A DNA stretch of 32,000 nt from Clostridiales bacterium (GCA_012518395.1 JAAYSJ010000158.1:7386-39385), one strand, 5' to 3'. Positions 8,310 to 17,721 are shown, counted from the first letter of the stretch. Program-made: numbers and translations. The notes: generated from the letters alone by a model not told the origin.

Positions 8310-8963
8310 ATGAATTATAAAAGATGGATTAGTGCCGCTTTGGTTATAATCATGTCTTTTTTTCTGGTTTCCGATATACGGGCAAAGGGCGGGGATAAAT
8401 CTGAATTTATTCGGTTTCATGTTATAGCCAATAGTGATTCACCCCGAGATCAGGCAATCAAGTTAAAGGTAAGGGATAGAGTGCTAGAAGAATTCGGCGA
8501 AAAACTAGGGAGCCTTCATTCTATAGATGAAAGCCGAAATATGGTTATGGGTAGCCTTGGGAGCATTAGGGAAATCGCCCAGCAAGAGGTCGACTTGTAT
8601 CTGCCTGGATACAGGGTAGACGCCTATTTCGACAACTTTGATTTTCCCACTAAAGCCTATGGTAATTTGGTTTTACCGGCTGGCAGCTACGAGGCTTTGA
8701 GAATAGTTATAGGAAAAGGTGAGGGTGCTAATTGGTGGTGTGTAATGTTTCCACCCCTTTGTTTTGTGGATATAAGCCATGGCACGGGCGAGGAAGATGT
8801 GAAAACATTTTCGGAGATATCCAGGGATCGGGAGAATGATGGAGATCAGGAAAACAGTGGGGATCAGGAAGATGGCGAAAGTCAGGGAGAGGGTGGAGAA
8901 AGGATAGAATATAAATTCAGAATTTTCGAATGGTGGAACAGGGCAATGAGCATCCTGGAATAA
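8310..8963 (+). CDS. spoIIR: Stage II sporulation protein R
   Basis: FIRFHVIANSDSPRDQAIKLKVRDRVL... and ...ANWWCVMFPPLCFVD are hallmark SpoIIR motifs, preceded by an N-terminal signal/TM segment. ATG 8310 lies 8 nt after GGGGG; ATG 8295 is an alternative start. Confidence 0.9.
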   Translation: MNYKRWISAALVIIMSFFLVSDIRAKGGDKSEFIRFHVIANSDSPRDQAIKLKVRDRVLEEFGEKLGSLHSIDESRNMVMGSLGSIREIAQQEVDLYLPGYRVDAYFDNFDFPTKAYGNLVLPAGSYEALRIVIGKGEGANWWCVMFPPLCFVDISHGTGEEDVKTFSEISRDRENDGDQENSGDQEDGESQGEGGERIEYKFRIFEWWNRAMSILE

Positions 8964-8990
8964 AGCCCAAGTTAGGAATTTTTTAACTGG

Positions 8991-9020
8991 TATAGGTAAT
9001 TTAGAGTTAACGAAAAATAT
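8991..9020 (+). promoter_or_regulatory. Candidate forespore (sigma-G/sigma-F-like) promoter upstream of sleB
   Basis: GTATA (8991-8995), an 18-nt spacer, then AAAAATA (9014-9020). This resembles the GnATA-N18-CAtAnTA pattern. The match is from memory of the consensus only. Confidence 0.3.
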
Positions 9021-9094
9021 AGGGGAAGCAGAAAAGGTTAATCTTTTCAATTCAGGTCATCTTCAAATCATGAATGTATGAGAGGAAGTAGAAA

Positions 9095-9814
9095 ATGAGG
9101 GTGAAACACAGGCTTCTCCTTATAACCGTTTTGTTAACTCTTTTTATTTGCTCAGGGATAATAGTCGAATATATAAATGCGAACAGGGATGCAGAAGAGG
9201 CAGTAATCTATTGGGGGGTGTACGGGGATAAGGTTTTTGAGGTTCAGCAAAAACTTAAACAATGGGGATATTACGACGGACCTATTGACGGATATTATGG
9301 AGCGCCCATATTTGAGGCTGTAAAAAGGTTCCAAGCCAAAAATGGCCTCACCCCCGACGGGGTTGTCGGCGATAGGACTGCAGCAGCCATGGGTATCAAT
9401 CTAGGCAAACCTGCTTCTACAGGAGGAGGCAGCGCAGCACCGCCTTCAAGGGGAGGCAGCAGTGGCGGGGACGTGTATCTCATGGCAAAAGCAATCCATG
9501 GTGAAGCCAGGGGTGAACCCTATTTGGGTAAGGTGGCAGTCGCCGCTGTAATTTTAAACCGGGTAGCAGACCCCAGATTCCCAAATACTATAGCCGGGGT
9601 CATATACCAACCGGGGGCCTTTACCGCCGTATCCGACGGTCAGATAAATCTGGCCCCGGATGACGAATCCCTAAGAGCAGCCAGGGATGCCTTAAATGGG
9701 TGGGATCCCACCTATGGGGCTGTATATTATTATAACCCTGCCAAGGCAACCAGCGCATGGATATGGTCAAGGCCTGTTCACCTCGTTATAGGCAAACATA
9801 ATTTTGCTACCTGA
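9095..9814 (+). CDS. sleB: Spore cortex-lytic enzyme SleB
   Basis: Signal/TM segment, then a PG_binding_1 domain (YYDGPIDGYYGAPIFEAVKRFQAKNGLTPDGVVG), a G/S linker, and a C-terminal Hydrolase_2 domain (IHGEARGEPYLGKVAVAAVILNRV...GVIYQPGAFTAV). ypeB follows immediately. Confidence 0.9.
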   Translation: MRVKHRLLLITVLLTLFICSGIIVEYINANRDAEEAVIYWGVYGDKVFEVQQKLKQWGYYDGPIDGYYGAPIFEAVKRFQAKNGLTPDGVVGDRTAAAMGINLGKPASTGGGSAAPPSRGGSSGGDVYLMAKAIHGEARGEPYLGKVAVAAVILNRVADPRFPNTIAGVIYQPGAFTAVSDGQINLAPDDESLRAARDALNGWDPTYGAVYYYNPAKATSAWIWSRPVHLVIGKHNFAT

Positions 9815-9912
9815 TAATAAAAATGTGTGGATCTGTGAATTGAGGAAATGCTTTGCATTATATAAGCCTAATGGAAAATGACTAATACAAGACATATAGA
9901 GGGGACTATTTT

Positions 9913-11256
9913 ATGAGAAGATGGATTTTATCCGGCGTATTACTATTAGCTTTGGTGGTGACAGGGATTTGGGGATATAATCAATTTCTTCAGAATCAGG
10001 ATCATACCATCCGAGCCAATAATCTGTACCAAAAATCTTTTTATGAGCTAGTGGGCAGGGTGGATAATATCGAATCAGGACTGTCCAAGATGATGGTAAC
10101 AGGGGATAAAGGCCAAAGCATCGTTATGCTCTCCGATGTATGGAGACAAGCCGATTCAGCGAGCTCAGACCTGGGTCAGCTGCCCCTAAGGCATATGGCC
10201 TTGGATAAAACGTCTAAATTCCTGGGTCAGCTTTCGGATTACTGCCGTTATTTGACTATAAAGGCAGGACAGGGCAGACCTTTGAGTATTAAAGACGGGG
10301 ATAATTTAAAAGAACTTCACAACAGTTCAATAAAACTTAGTAATGAACTAAAGGTTTTAGAATCTGATGTCAATGCAGGAACAGTATCCTGGCAGAAGAT
10401 AATGGCCTATGGTAATAAAAGCCTGGAAGATGTGGAAAAGGATATTGTGACAAAACAGTTTACCAAAATAGAGGAGACCTCCATTGAGTATCCCACATTG
10501 ATATATGACGGACCTTTTTCAGAGACTTTGTTAAGGGGCAAGCAGCTTAATTTACCCGGGAGCAACATAAGCTATAGTGAAGCTGAGAGGATTGCCAGGG
10601 GCTTTATCGGGAATAAACGTATCAATAGAGCCCAAAAGGGAGCCGAGACTATGGGGGATATTGAAACTTGGGGTGTGACAGTGGAAACTAAAGATAGTGA
10701 AGGCCCTTATCATTTATCCATAACAAAAAAGGGCGGCAAAATTATATCAGTTGTATCAGAAGGCGTAGTTGAAAAGCCTACCATGAGCTATAAGGAAAGC
10801 GTAGGTCGTGCTAAAGAATTTTTGGATAAGAACGGGTTTAAAAATATGGTGTCCACATATGGCCAATTCAATGACGGGGTGGCTGTTATAAACTTTGCAT
10901 ACGAAGAGGGGGACACGATAATCTATCCTGATCTGATAAAAGTTAAAATATCCTTGGCTACGGGAAATTTAATGGGCTTCGAGGCTCTAAATTATCTTAC
11001 CGCCCATAGGGAAAGGCATCTGGAGAGCCCGAAACTTAGCATCGAAGAGGCTAGAAAATTGGTAAATAAAAACCTGGAAATAACCTCGGAAAGGCTGGCG
11101 GTAATACCCAGTAAGGGCGGCAACGAAATCCAGTGTTACGAATTTAAGGGGAAATTTGGTGGGGAAGATTTTATTGTATACATAAATTCAGATACCGGCA
11201 CAGAGGAAGATATTTTAAAGATATTAAATACAGAAAATGGCACCATGGTTATATAA
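9913..11256 (+). CDS. ypeB: Germination protein YpeB (PepSY-domain partner of SleB)
   Basis: 447 aa with an N-terminal TM segment. The YpeB-type N-terminus reads NNLYQKSFYELVGRVDNIESGLSK...SDVWRQADSASSDLGQLPL, and PepSY-like repeats lie in the C-terminal half. It occupies the canonical sleB-ypeB operon position. Confidence 0.88.
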   Translation: MRRWILSGVLLLALVVTGIWGYNQFLQNQDHTIRANNLYQKSFYELVGRVDNIESGLSKMMVTGDKGQSIVMLSDVWRQADSASSDLGQLPLRHMALDKTSKFLGQLSDYCRYLTIKAGQGRPLSIKDGDNLKELHNSSIKLSNELKVLESDVNAGTVSWQKIMAYGNKSLEDVEKDIVTKQFTKIEETSIEYPTLIYDGPFSETLLRGKQLNLPGSNISYSEAERIARGFIGNKRINRAQKGAETMGDIETWGVTVETKDSEGPYHLSITKKGGKIISVVSEGVVEKPTMSYKESVGRAKEFLDKNGFKNMVSTYGQFNDGVAVINFAYEEGDTIIYPDLIKVKISLATGNLMGFEALNYLTAHRERHLESPKLSIEEARKLVNKNLEITSERLAVIPSKGGNEIQCYEFKGKFGGEDFIVYINSDTGTEEDILKILNTENGTMVI

Positions 11257-11280
11257 TGAACGCCCCCCATAATCTTTATA

Positions 11281-11310
11281 GCATAGGGATATGATCCTGA
11301 GGGAAAATAT
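11281..11310 (+). promoter_or_regulatory. Candidate forespore (sigma-G/F-like) promoter upstream of the SASP gene
   Basis: GCATA (11281-11285), a spacer of 15-19 nt, then GGGAAAATATA. This is only an approximate match to the forespore sigma consensus as I recall it. Confidence 0.3.
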
Positions 11311-11352
11311 AAATGGCGGCTAATTAACAAGACCGTCGGGGGAGGTATTGTT

Positions 11353-11529
11353 ATGGCTAGAAGCAGGAGAAGCATAATGTCTGAAGCTTTAAAAACCGAG
11401 ATTGCCAAAGAACTTGGGATAGACGATATAATTAAACGTGAAGGCTGGGGCAGCGTCCCCTCAAGGGATTGTGGTAATGTTGTAAGAAAAGCAATTGAAA
11501 GGGCTGAAAAGAGCCTGTCGGACAAATAG
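11353..11529 (+). CDS. Small acid-soluble spore protein, alpha/beta type
   Basis: A 58-aa ORF that is absent from the supplied track because it falls under 60 aa: MARSRRSIMSEALKTEIAKELGIDDIIKREGWGSVPSRDCGNVVRKAIERAEKSLSDK. It fits the alpha/beta SASP pattern (K.EIA.ElG...G...SR..G.V.....). GGAGG lies 7 nt upstream and a strong terminator follows. Confidence 0.85.
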   Translation: MARSRRSIMSEALKTEIAKELGIDDIIKREGWGSVPSRDCGNVVRKAIERAEKSLSDK

Positions 11530-11547
11530 CCAGAGAGTACCCATCAG

Positions 11548-11589
11548 AAAGAGAATCGAGGACCCTAGTGTCTTCGATTCTCTTTTTTC
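11548..11589 (+). terminator. Rho-independent terminator after the SASP gene
   Basis: AAAGAGAATCGA (11548-11559) pairs with TCGATTCTCTTT (11574-11585), running into a T tract. Confidence 0.8.
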
Positions 11590-11741
11590 GCTTTACTTGA
11601 ATTAAAAGTTATTTGATTATAGAATAGGGTGAATATAAACCACGGTGACTAATATTCTTAAATGTGTGGAGCTTTATATAGACAATAGATTATGCTAAAA
11701 TATATTTGTAAGGCTATGTCTATAAAGGGAGGCGCATGGTG

Positions 11742-12821
11742 ATGAAAAGGCTGAATGTAGCAGTACTTTTTGGCGGAAGGTCTGGGGAACATGAGGTATC
11801 ATTGGAATCGACCACCTCGATAATAAAAAATTTGGATAAAGAAAAATATAATTTATCTTTAATAGGGATCACAAGAGAAGGTCATTGGAGGTACTATGAC
11901 GGTCCTGTTGAAGGTATTAAGACAGGTGAATGGGAGGCAAATTCCAAAGCCCTGATCTTTCCGGCGGATCCGTCTTTTAAGGGTTTCTTTCTGGTGGATG
12001 ATCCCGGTGATATTATCGGGATAGATGTGATATTTCCTGTCCTCCATGGACCCTATGGCGAAGACGGTACCTTGCAGGGCTTGTTTGAATTAGCGGATAT
12101 CCCATATGTGGGCTGTGATATTCCTGCCTCGTCTATCGGAATGGATAAGCTTATTGCAAAGTCGATATTCTCCTTCAATAATTTACCCCAGGGTGAATAC
12201 TTAGGTGTGCACAGACATGTATTTAAAAAGGATCCCAATATGACAATAGATAGGATTGAGGACAGTTTTTCCTATCCTGTATTCGTAAAACCTGCTAATA
12301 TGGGTTCCAGTGTAGGAATATCAAAAGCAAAAGACAGGAAAACCCTCCTTGAAGCCTTAGATCTGGCAGCGAAATATGATGAGAGAATAATAGTTGAAGA
12401 GTATATAGATGGAAGGGAAATAGAGTGTGCCGTTTTAGGAAACTTTCACCCTAAAGCGTCGGTAACAGGGGAAATCCTGCCCTCAAACGAATTCTACGAT
12501 TATTATGCTAAATACAAAGATGGGGGTATGTCCAAGCTCTTGATACCAGCACCCATATCCGAGGCGAAAAGCCTTGAAATAAGGGAATTAGCCCTTAAGG
12601 CCTATGAGGCTATAGGGTGTTCCGGGCTTTCCAGGGTGGATTTCTTTTTAGAAAAGGAAACAGAGAGGGTCTATTTAAATGAGATCAATACCATGCCCGG
12701 GTTTACCCAGATAAGTATGTATCCCAGGTTATGGGAGGCTACAGGAATTTCATACCCAAATCTTTTGGATAGATTGATAGAGCTGGCTTTAGAAAGGTTT
12801 AACATAAGACACGGAATCTAA
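11742..12821 (+). CDS. ddl: D-alanine--D-alanine ligase
   Basis: LNVAVLFGGRSGEHEVSL..., an ATP-grasp core (FVKPANMGSSVGISKA) and a C-terminal LNEINTMPGFT. The SD GGGAGG (11727-11732) is 9 nt from ATG 11742. The ORF-track ATG 11736 is only 3 nt from the SD. Confidence 0.93.
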   Translation: MKRLNVAVLFGGRSGEHEVSLESTTSIIKNLDKEKYNLSLIGITREGHWRYYDGPVEGIKTGEWEANSKALIFPADPSFKGFFLVDDPGDIIGIDVIFPVLHGPYGEDGTLQGLFELADIPYVGCDIPASSIGMDKLIAKSIFSFNNLPQGEYLGVHRHVFKKDPNMTIDRIEDSFSYPVFVKPANMGSSVGISKAKDRKTLLEALDLAAKYDERIIVEEYIDGREIECAVLGNFHPKASVTGEILPSNEFYDYYAKYKDGGMSKLLIPAPISEAKSLEIRELALKAYEAIGCSGLSRVDFFLEKETERVYLNEINTMPGFTQISMYPRLWEATGISYPNLLDRLIELALERFNIRHGI

Positions 12822-12833
12822 GGAGGATTGCCC

Positions 12834-13640
12834 ATGGATAATAGACCCATAGGCGTTTTTGATTCGGGTCTGGGGGGGCTGACTGTTGTAAAGGAACTTA
12901 TGAAATGTCTTCCCGGCGAAAACATTATATACTTTGGGGATACGGCTCGGATTCCCTATGGTACTCGTTCTAACGAGGCTGTTATAAGATATTCCAGACA
13001 AAGTATGGGATTTTTAATGAGTAAGGGAATAAAGATGGTAGTAATAGCCTGCAATACAGTAAGCTCTGTTGCCTTAGGGACAATAGCCAGGGAATTTAAG
13101 GTGCCTGTTCTGGGTGTAATCGAACCGGGTGCCAAAATGGCTGCTGATTGCACGAGAAACCAACGGATGGGGATTATCGGGACCCGGGCGACTATCCGGA
13201 ATAAAGCCTATGAAAAGGCTATCAAGACCTATGTTCCGAATGTTGAAATTTATAGTACGGCTTGTACCCTCTTTGTTCCAATAGCGGAAGAAGGTTGGAG
13301 CAATACCAGAATTGCATTGTTGACAGCAGAGAAATATTTAGATAATATGAAGGCGAAAGACATAGACACCCTTATCCTGGGGTGTACACATTTTCCTCTC
13401 CTTGAGGAAACTATAAGCCAGGTGATGGGACCCGGGGTAAAACTGGTAAATCCGGCTGTAGGCACAGCCTTAGAAGTTAAAGAGACCCTTAGGGCTAATA
13501 ATAGTCTAAATATAAACGATTCAGATGCGGAATATCATTTCTTTGTAAGCGATCTGGGAGAAAAATTTGAGGATATAGGGGGAAGGTTTTTAGGTAAAGA
13601 TATTAAATATGTCCAAAAAATAGATATAGAAGGATATTGA
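12834..13640 (+). CDS. murI: Glutamate racemase
   Basis: IGVFDSGLGGLTVVKEL, with ACNT and GCTHFP catalytic-cysteine motifs. AGGAGG (12821-12826) lies 7 nt before ATG 12834. Confidence 0.93.
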   Translation: MDNRPIGVFDSGLGGLTVVKELMKCLPGENIIYFGDTARIPYGTRSNEAVIRYSRQSMGFLMSKGIKMVVIACNTVSSVALGTIAREFKVPVLGVIEPGAKMAADCTRNQRMGIIGTRATIRNKAYEKAIKTYVPNVEIYSTACTLFVPIAEEGWSNTRIALLTAEKYLDNMKAKDIDTLILGCTHFPLLEETISQVMGPGVKLVNPAVGTALEVKETLRANNSLNINDSDAEYHFFVSDLGEKFEDIGGRFLGKDIKYVQKIDIEGY

Positions 13641-13706
13641 TTTAAATAAGGGTTGGTTGTAGAATGGGTTGTGACCATGGAATAGGTGCTAATGGGGGGT
13701 GTAAAA

Positions 13707-14159
13707 ATGGGTGAAGGTAAAAAGGTAATTCTAACTATAAGGGGAAACCAGGTAAACCCCCATGGGGAGGATCACAAAATTGAACTTATCACTGAAGGGT
13801 TGCTCTATAGAAAAGGCAGTGCGTATTTTATAGAATATGAAGAGAGCATAATATCCGGTATGGAAGGAACTAAAACCCTGATAACCGTAGAGGATCAGAG
13901 AATCTACCTGGAGCGGACGGGATCCCACGAATCACAATTTGTTTTTGAGAAGGGCAGAAAATATGTTAATTATTACGAGACCCCCTTTGGAAACCTGGAA
14001 ATGGGGATATTCCCTACTAAGATAGATTCTGTTCTGGATGAAAAAGAGGGGAAATTGGATTTAAAATATGAGCTTAATATTTCGGGAAAATATGCAGGTT
14101 CCAATGAGCTAAAGGTGAGCTACCAAGAGGAGGGCCCTCAGGGGTTTTTTGAATCATAG
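13707..14159 (+). CDS. DUF1934 (YwiB-like) beta-barrel protein
   Basis: A ~150-aa sequence with the DUF1934 pattern (...IELITEGLLYRKGSAYFIEYEES...TKTLITVEDQRIYLERTG...). ATG 13707 follows GGGGGTG by 6 nt. The track start at GTG 13686 has no SD. Confidence 0.8.
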   Translation: MGEGKKVILTIRGNQVNPHGEDHKIELITEGLLYRKGSAYFIEYEESIISGMEGTKTLITVEDQRIYLERTGSHESQFVFEKGRKYVNYYETPFGNLEMGIFPTKIDSVLDEKEGKLDLKYELNISGKYAGSNELKVSYQEEGPQGFFES

Positions 14160-14242
14160 CCAATTAATTGTCATATTGTTATGCCGAATTGATATAAAGC
14201 CAACTATTTTATTATTCTTATGGGCTTTTTAACATTTTCATG

Positions 14243-14275
14243 TTGACTATCTCCATAGATGGGTTATATTATAAT
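14243..14275 (+). promoter_or_regulatory. Candidate sigma-A promoter for the long rho leader
   Basis: TTGACT (14243-14248) is followed at 16-18 nt by overlapping -10 candidates TATATT / ATATTA / TATTAT (14265-14272). Confidence 0.45.
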
Positions 14276-14840
14276 AATAGGCAATAGTGTTAATCATATA
14301 AGCCTCTTAATTTTAGCATACGGGTAATAATATTCAGAGTTTTTCATTTTATCCGATGGATTTTAAAGGGGGATATCGTTCAATTCCTGTTGATTAAAAT
14401 TTATTCAATTGTGAATTAAAAGATTAAGCAGTGGTAATACTATGGGTTAATACCTTATATAAAAATGTCCGGCTCATGTTATTGAATGGTTTCATCCTAG
14501 AGAGTATATAGCTGAACTTCATATACATTAGATGATATTGGGATGGTCTGACCCGGTGTTGGATTATGCATATAACTTGGTTCGGCCAACTTTACGGGTA
14601 GCAGCCGTTAAAGGTATCAAAGGTTTAACTGGAGCAAAATTATACTACTCCTGAAATGAACAGGCATCGATCAAATAAACCCGCCTTTGTTTTAATACTT
14701 TGAGTGTATCAGATATGGAGAAACATATTTTCATACGAAAGAATCAATAGAAAAAGCAGGCAGCTATACTTATTATGTGTATTTATCAATTATCATAGAA
14801 TCAAAGAATGTTCAATATAACAAGAAAGAGAGGAATAGAT

Positions 14841-16583
14841 TTGGACTTGGGAAGTATTGATTTAAATAACCTGGGGAAAAACACCATACTCCAATTGCGG
14901 GCTTTCGGCAAGGAAATCGGTGTTAAAAGTGTTACCAGGCATAAAAAGCAAAAGCTTATTGAACTTATAGAGGAGAAATTACAGGAGATGGCCTCTGTTC
15001 AGCAGAAGGGCTTTTCAACGGAAGAATCAAAAGAAACAAAAGAAGGCGTAAAGGCCAAGGAAACTAAGAAGGTTAAGGAGACTAAGAGGGCTAAAGAGCC
15101 CAAGGAAGACGGGGAAGGTACTCCTTCCACCATTTCGGCTAAGGATAGTAAAAACGATTCGGCTGAATCCAGACCCGAGCAGGCCGGGGGGAACGTCAAA
15201 AGGTTTCCTGTACCTGTAAAATCTATGAGATCCCCCTATAGGGCAGCTCATACCAGGAGACATTCAGAGGAGTCTCCCTCGGAAGGAGACGCAGCCAACG
15301 ATAGGCAACAGGATAGAGAATATGATCCAGAACATGATAAAAAAGTGGCCTATGCAAGGAAATACTATAACACATCCAACCCTGCTATACCCGATCTCTT
15401 AAGTCAGGATGATACCAAGGATGCTCAGGGGGTTTTAGAAGCATTGCCAGACGGCTACGGTTTTCTTCGTTCCAACAATTATCTATCGGGGGATAATGAT
15501 GTATATATATCCCAATCTCAGATAAGGCGTTTTAATTTAAAAACTGGAGATTTAGTCAAAGGTAAAACCCGTCCGGCCAGAGAAGGGGAAAAATTTCAAG
15601 CCCTTCTTTATGTCACTGAAATAAACGGTGAGAATCCGGAAAATGCAAATCATAGACCACCCTTTGAGGATCTGACCCCCATATATCCCGAGGAAAGGAT
15701 CACCTTAGAGGATCCTAACAATCCAAAAGAACTGGCAACCAGGCTTATAGATATTATTTCCCCCATCGGCAAGGGGCAAAGGGGACTTATCGTTTCTCCA
15801 CCGAAAGCGGGGAAAACCATATTGCTCAAAAAAATAGCAGACAGTATAGCCAAAAAATACCCTGATATATATCTTATAGTGCTATTAATAGATGAGCGTC
15901 CGGAAGAGGTCACCGATATGCAACGATCTATTAAAGGTGATGTAGTGTTTTCTACCTTTGATGAATTACCTGAACACCATACCAAGGTGGCTGAGATGGT
16001 ATTGGAAAGGGCTCAGAGGTTGGTGGAACACGGTCGGGACGTAGTAGTTTTAATGGATAGCATAACCCGGCTTGCACGGGCATATAACCTTACTATCTCC
16101 GCTACGGGGCGTAGTCTGTCCGGGGGTCTTGACCCGGGTGCCTTACACAAGCCAAAGAGATTTTTTGGTGCCGCTCGAAATATAGAAGAGGGTGGCAGCC
16201 TGACGGTTATAGCTACTGCTCTGGTAGATACAGGCAGTAGAATGGACGAGGTCATCTATGAGGAATTCAAAGGCACCGGTAATATGGAGATCCACTTAGA
16301 TCGCAGGCTATCAGAGAAGAGGATTTTCCCGGCTGTGGAGATCACAAAGTCGGGAACGCGCAGGGAAGAAAAACTCCTTAGCCAGAAAGAATTACAAGGG
16401 GTCTACGCCATGAGGAGAAACCTCAGCGAGGGTAAGCCTGAAAGGGTTACCGAGATTATTATAAACGATCTCATGCGCACTAATTCTAATGACGAATTTA
16501 TCGACACCGTAATGGATCACTTTATGAAAATTGAAAAGGATGGATATTTTACAGACCGGGATGGCTATTCCGGTTATAGATAG
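14841..16583 (+). CDS. rho: Transcription termination factor Rho with a large N-terminal insertion domain
   Basis: Rho_N ([30 protein letters not shown]), a CSD-like RNA-binding domain ([15 protein letters not shown]...), Walker A ([15 protein letters not shown]), and the Q/R-loop region through to the C-terminus. TTG 14841 has the SD GAGAGGA 7 nt upstream. In-frame ATG 14808 (the track start) has no SD. Confidence 0.93.
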   Translation: MDLGSIDLNNLGKNTILQLRAFGKEIGVKSVTRHKKQKLIELIEEKLQEMASVQQKGFSTEESKETKEGVKAKETKKVKETKRAKEPKEDGEGTPSTISAKDSKNDSAESRPEQAGGNVKRFPVPVKSMRSPYRAAHTRRHSEESPSEGDAANDRQQDREYDPEHDKKVAYARKYYNTSNPAIPDLLSQDDTKDAQGVLEALPDGYGFLRSNNYLSGDNDVYISQSQIRRFNLKTGDLVKGKTRPAREGEKFQALLYVTEINGENPENANHRPPFEDLTPIYPEERITLEDPNNPKELATRLIDIISPIGKGQRGLIVSPPKAGKTILLKKIADSIAKKYPDIYLIVLLIDERPEEVTDMQRSIKGDVVFSTFDELPEHHTKVAEMVLERAQRLVEHGRDVVVLMDSITRLARAYNLTISATGRSLSGGLDPGALHKPKRFFGAARNIEEGGSLTVIATALVDTGSRMDEVIYEEFKGTGNMEIHLDRRLSEKRIFPAVEITKSGTRREEKLLSQKELQGVYAMRRNLSEGKPERVTEIIINDLMRTNSNDEFIDTVMDHFMKIEKDGYFTDRDGYSGYR

Positions 16584-16600
16584 GATGGGGGAAGTAAGGT

Positions 16601-17692
16601 ATGGTGAGGCTTTCGGCAAGAACACGGATTATACTTAAATGGCTGGGTCTGGTACTTTTGCTTGCTGGCCTATTACTTTTATTCTTTACCCGTCTCTTTA
16701 AATACATTGCACCTTTTATAATAGCTTTTATTATAATGGTATCGATTGAAAAACCCATACAATTTCTACAAAAAAAATTGAAAATGACCAGGGGTTCCGC
16801 TGCGGCCATTTCCTTAGCGCTTTTTGTGGTCTTGATCGGCGGGGCTCTGGGTTTTATTTTTTCCAGGATAATCATCGAATTATGGAAATTAGCCCTTGAG
16901 CTTTCACGGATGGACTTTAACCCTATAATAGACTATTTTAAAAGTTTGGTTGAAAAGGGTCAGGATATCTTCTCCAGCCTGCCCAGGGGCTTGGCGGCTG
17001 CTATAGAAGAAAGTGTGGAAATCGATGCCTCCAAACTTACCAAAATAGCTAATGAAATTTCAATCAGGCTTATGGATATCGTTATGGGCACTGTAAGGTT
17101 TATAAGGTTTTTGCCCAATGCCCTGGTATTTGTTATCATCACCCTGATTTCCGCCTATTTTATGTGCAGGGACAGGGAAGGGATATCCAAATTCTTTACA
17201 AAGCATATTCCCCCTGATTGGTATGCCAAGCTACAGAGCCTGAGAAATGATATGCTGGTAGCCTTGGCAGGGTTTATAAAGGCTCAAATGTTTATTATGC
17301 TTGTAACCTTTTTAGAGCTATGGATAGGTTACCAGATAATGGGGGTGAAATATGCCCTCTTTTTCGCTTTGCTAACAGCTATTGTTGATATATTGCCTAT
17401 TTTGGGCACAGGCGCTATTCTGATACCTACTTTTATAATATATTTCATTATTGGAAATATTCCCAAGGCCCTTGGGTTTATGTTTCTCTATATATTTATA
17501 TTTATTGTCAGACAGATCCTGGAGCCAAAAGTTGTAAGTCATAATCTGGGGCTCCATCCTCTATTAACTATTATGGCAATGTATATAGGGTTGAAATTTA
17601 TGGGTATTCCCGGAGTGTTTTTAGGCCCTGCAATAGCTATTGTTATTAAGGCATTTCATAAGGCAGGGTTTTTCCCCGCTTGGAAGATGTGA
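16601..17692 (+). CDS. ytvI: Sporulation integral membrane protein YtvI (AI-2E/PerM family)
   Basis: 363 aa with ~8 TM helices and the AI-2E family C-terminal pattern (...DILPILGTGAILIP...ILEPKVVSHNLGLHPLLT...GPAIAIV). Confidence 0.8.
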   Translation: MVRLSARTRIILKWLGLVLLLAGLLLLFFTRLFKYIAPFIIAFIIMVSIEKPIQFLQKKLKMTRGSAAAISLALFVVLIGGALGFIFSRIIIELWKLALELSRMDFNPIIDYFKSLVEKGQDIFSSLPRGLAAAIEESVEIDASKLTKIANEISIRLMDIVMGTVRFIRFLPNALVFVIITLISAYFMCRDREGISKFFTKHIPPDWYAKLQSLRNDMLVALAGFIKAQMFIMLVTFLELWIGYQIMGVKYALFFALLTAIVDILPILGTGAILIPTFIIYFIIGNIPKALGFMFLYIFIFIVRQILEPKVVSHNLGLHPLLTIMAMYIGLKFMGIPGVFLGPAIAIVIKAFHKAGFFPAWKM

Positions 17693-17721
17693 TAGAATTT
17701 TAAGCCGGCAAAACAGCGGTC

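Noticed and set aside
11136-11525. 129-aa minus-strand ORF from the track, spanning the ypeB 3' end and the intergenic region
   Set aside because: It is antisense to the well-supported ypeB end and to the SASP gene, which has an SD and a terminator. It has no SD and a low-complexity S/L/P-rich translation typical of an antisense shadow ORF.
14559-14654. A 31-codon frame (LDYAYNLVRPTLRVAAVKGIKGLTGAKLYYS) in the rho leader that faintly resembles the MurA segment R-x-V-I-I-x-G-x-x-x-L-x-G-A-x-V, suggesting a murA pseudogene relic
   Set aside because: Only ~5 identities over 16 residues. The flanking translated sequence in all frames shows no further MurA similarity. This is probably chance.
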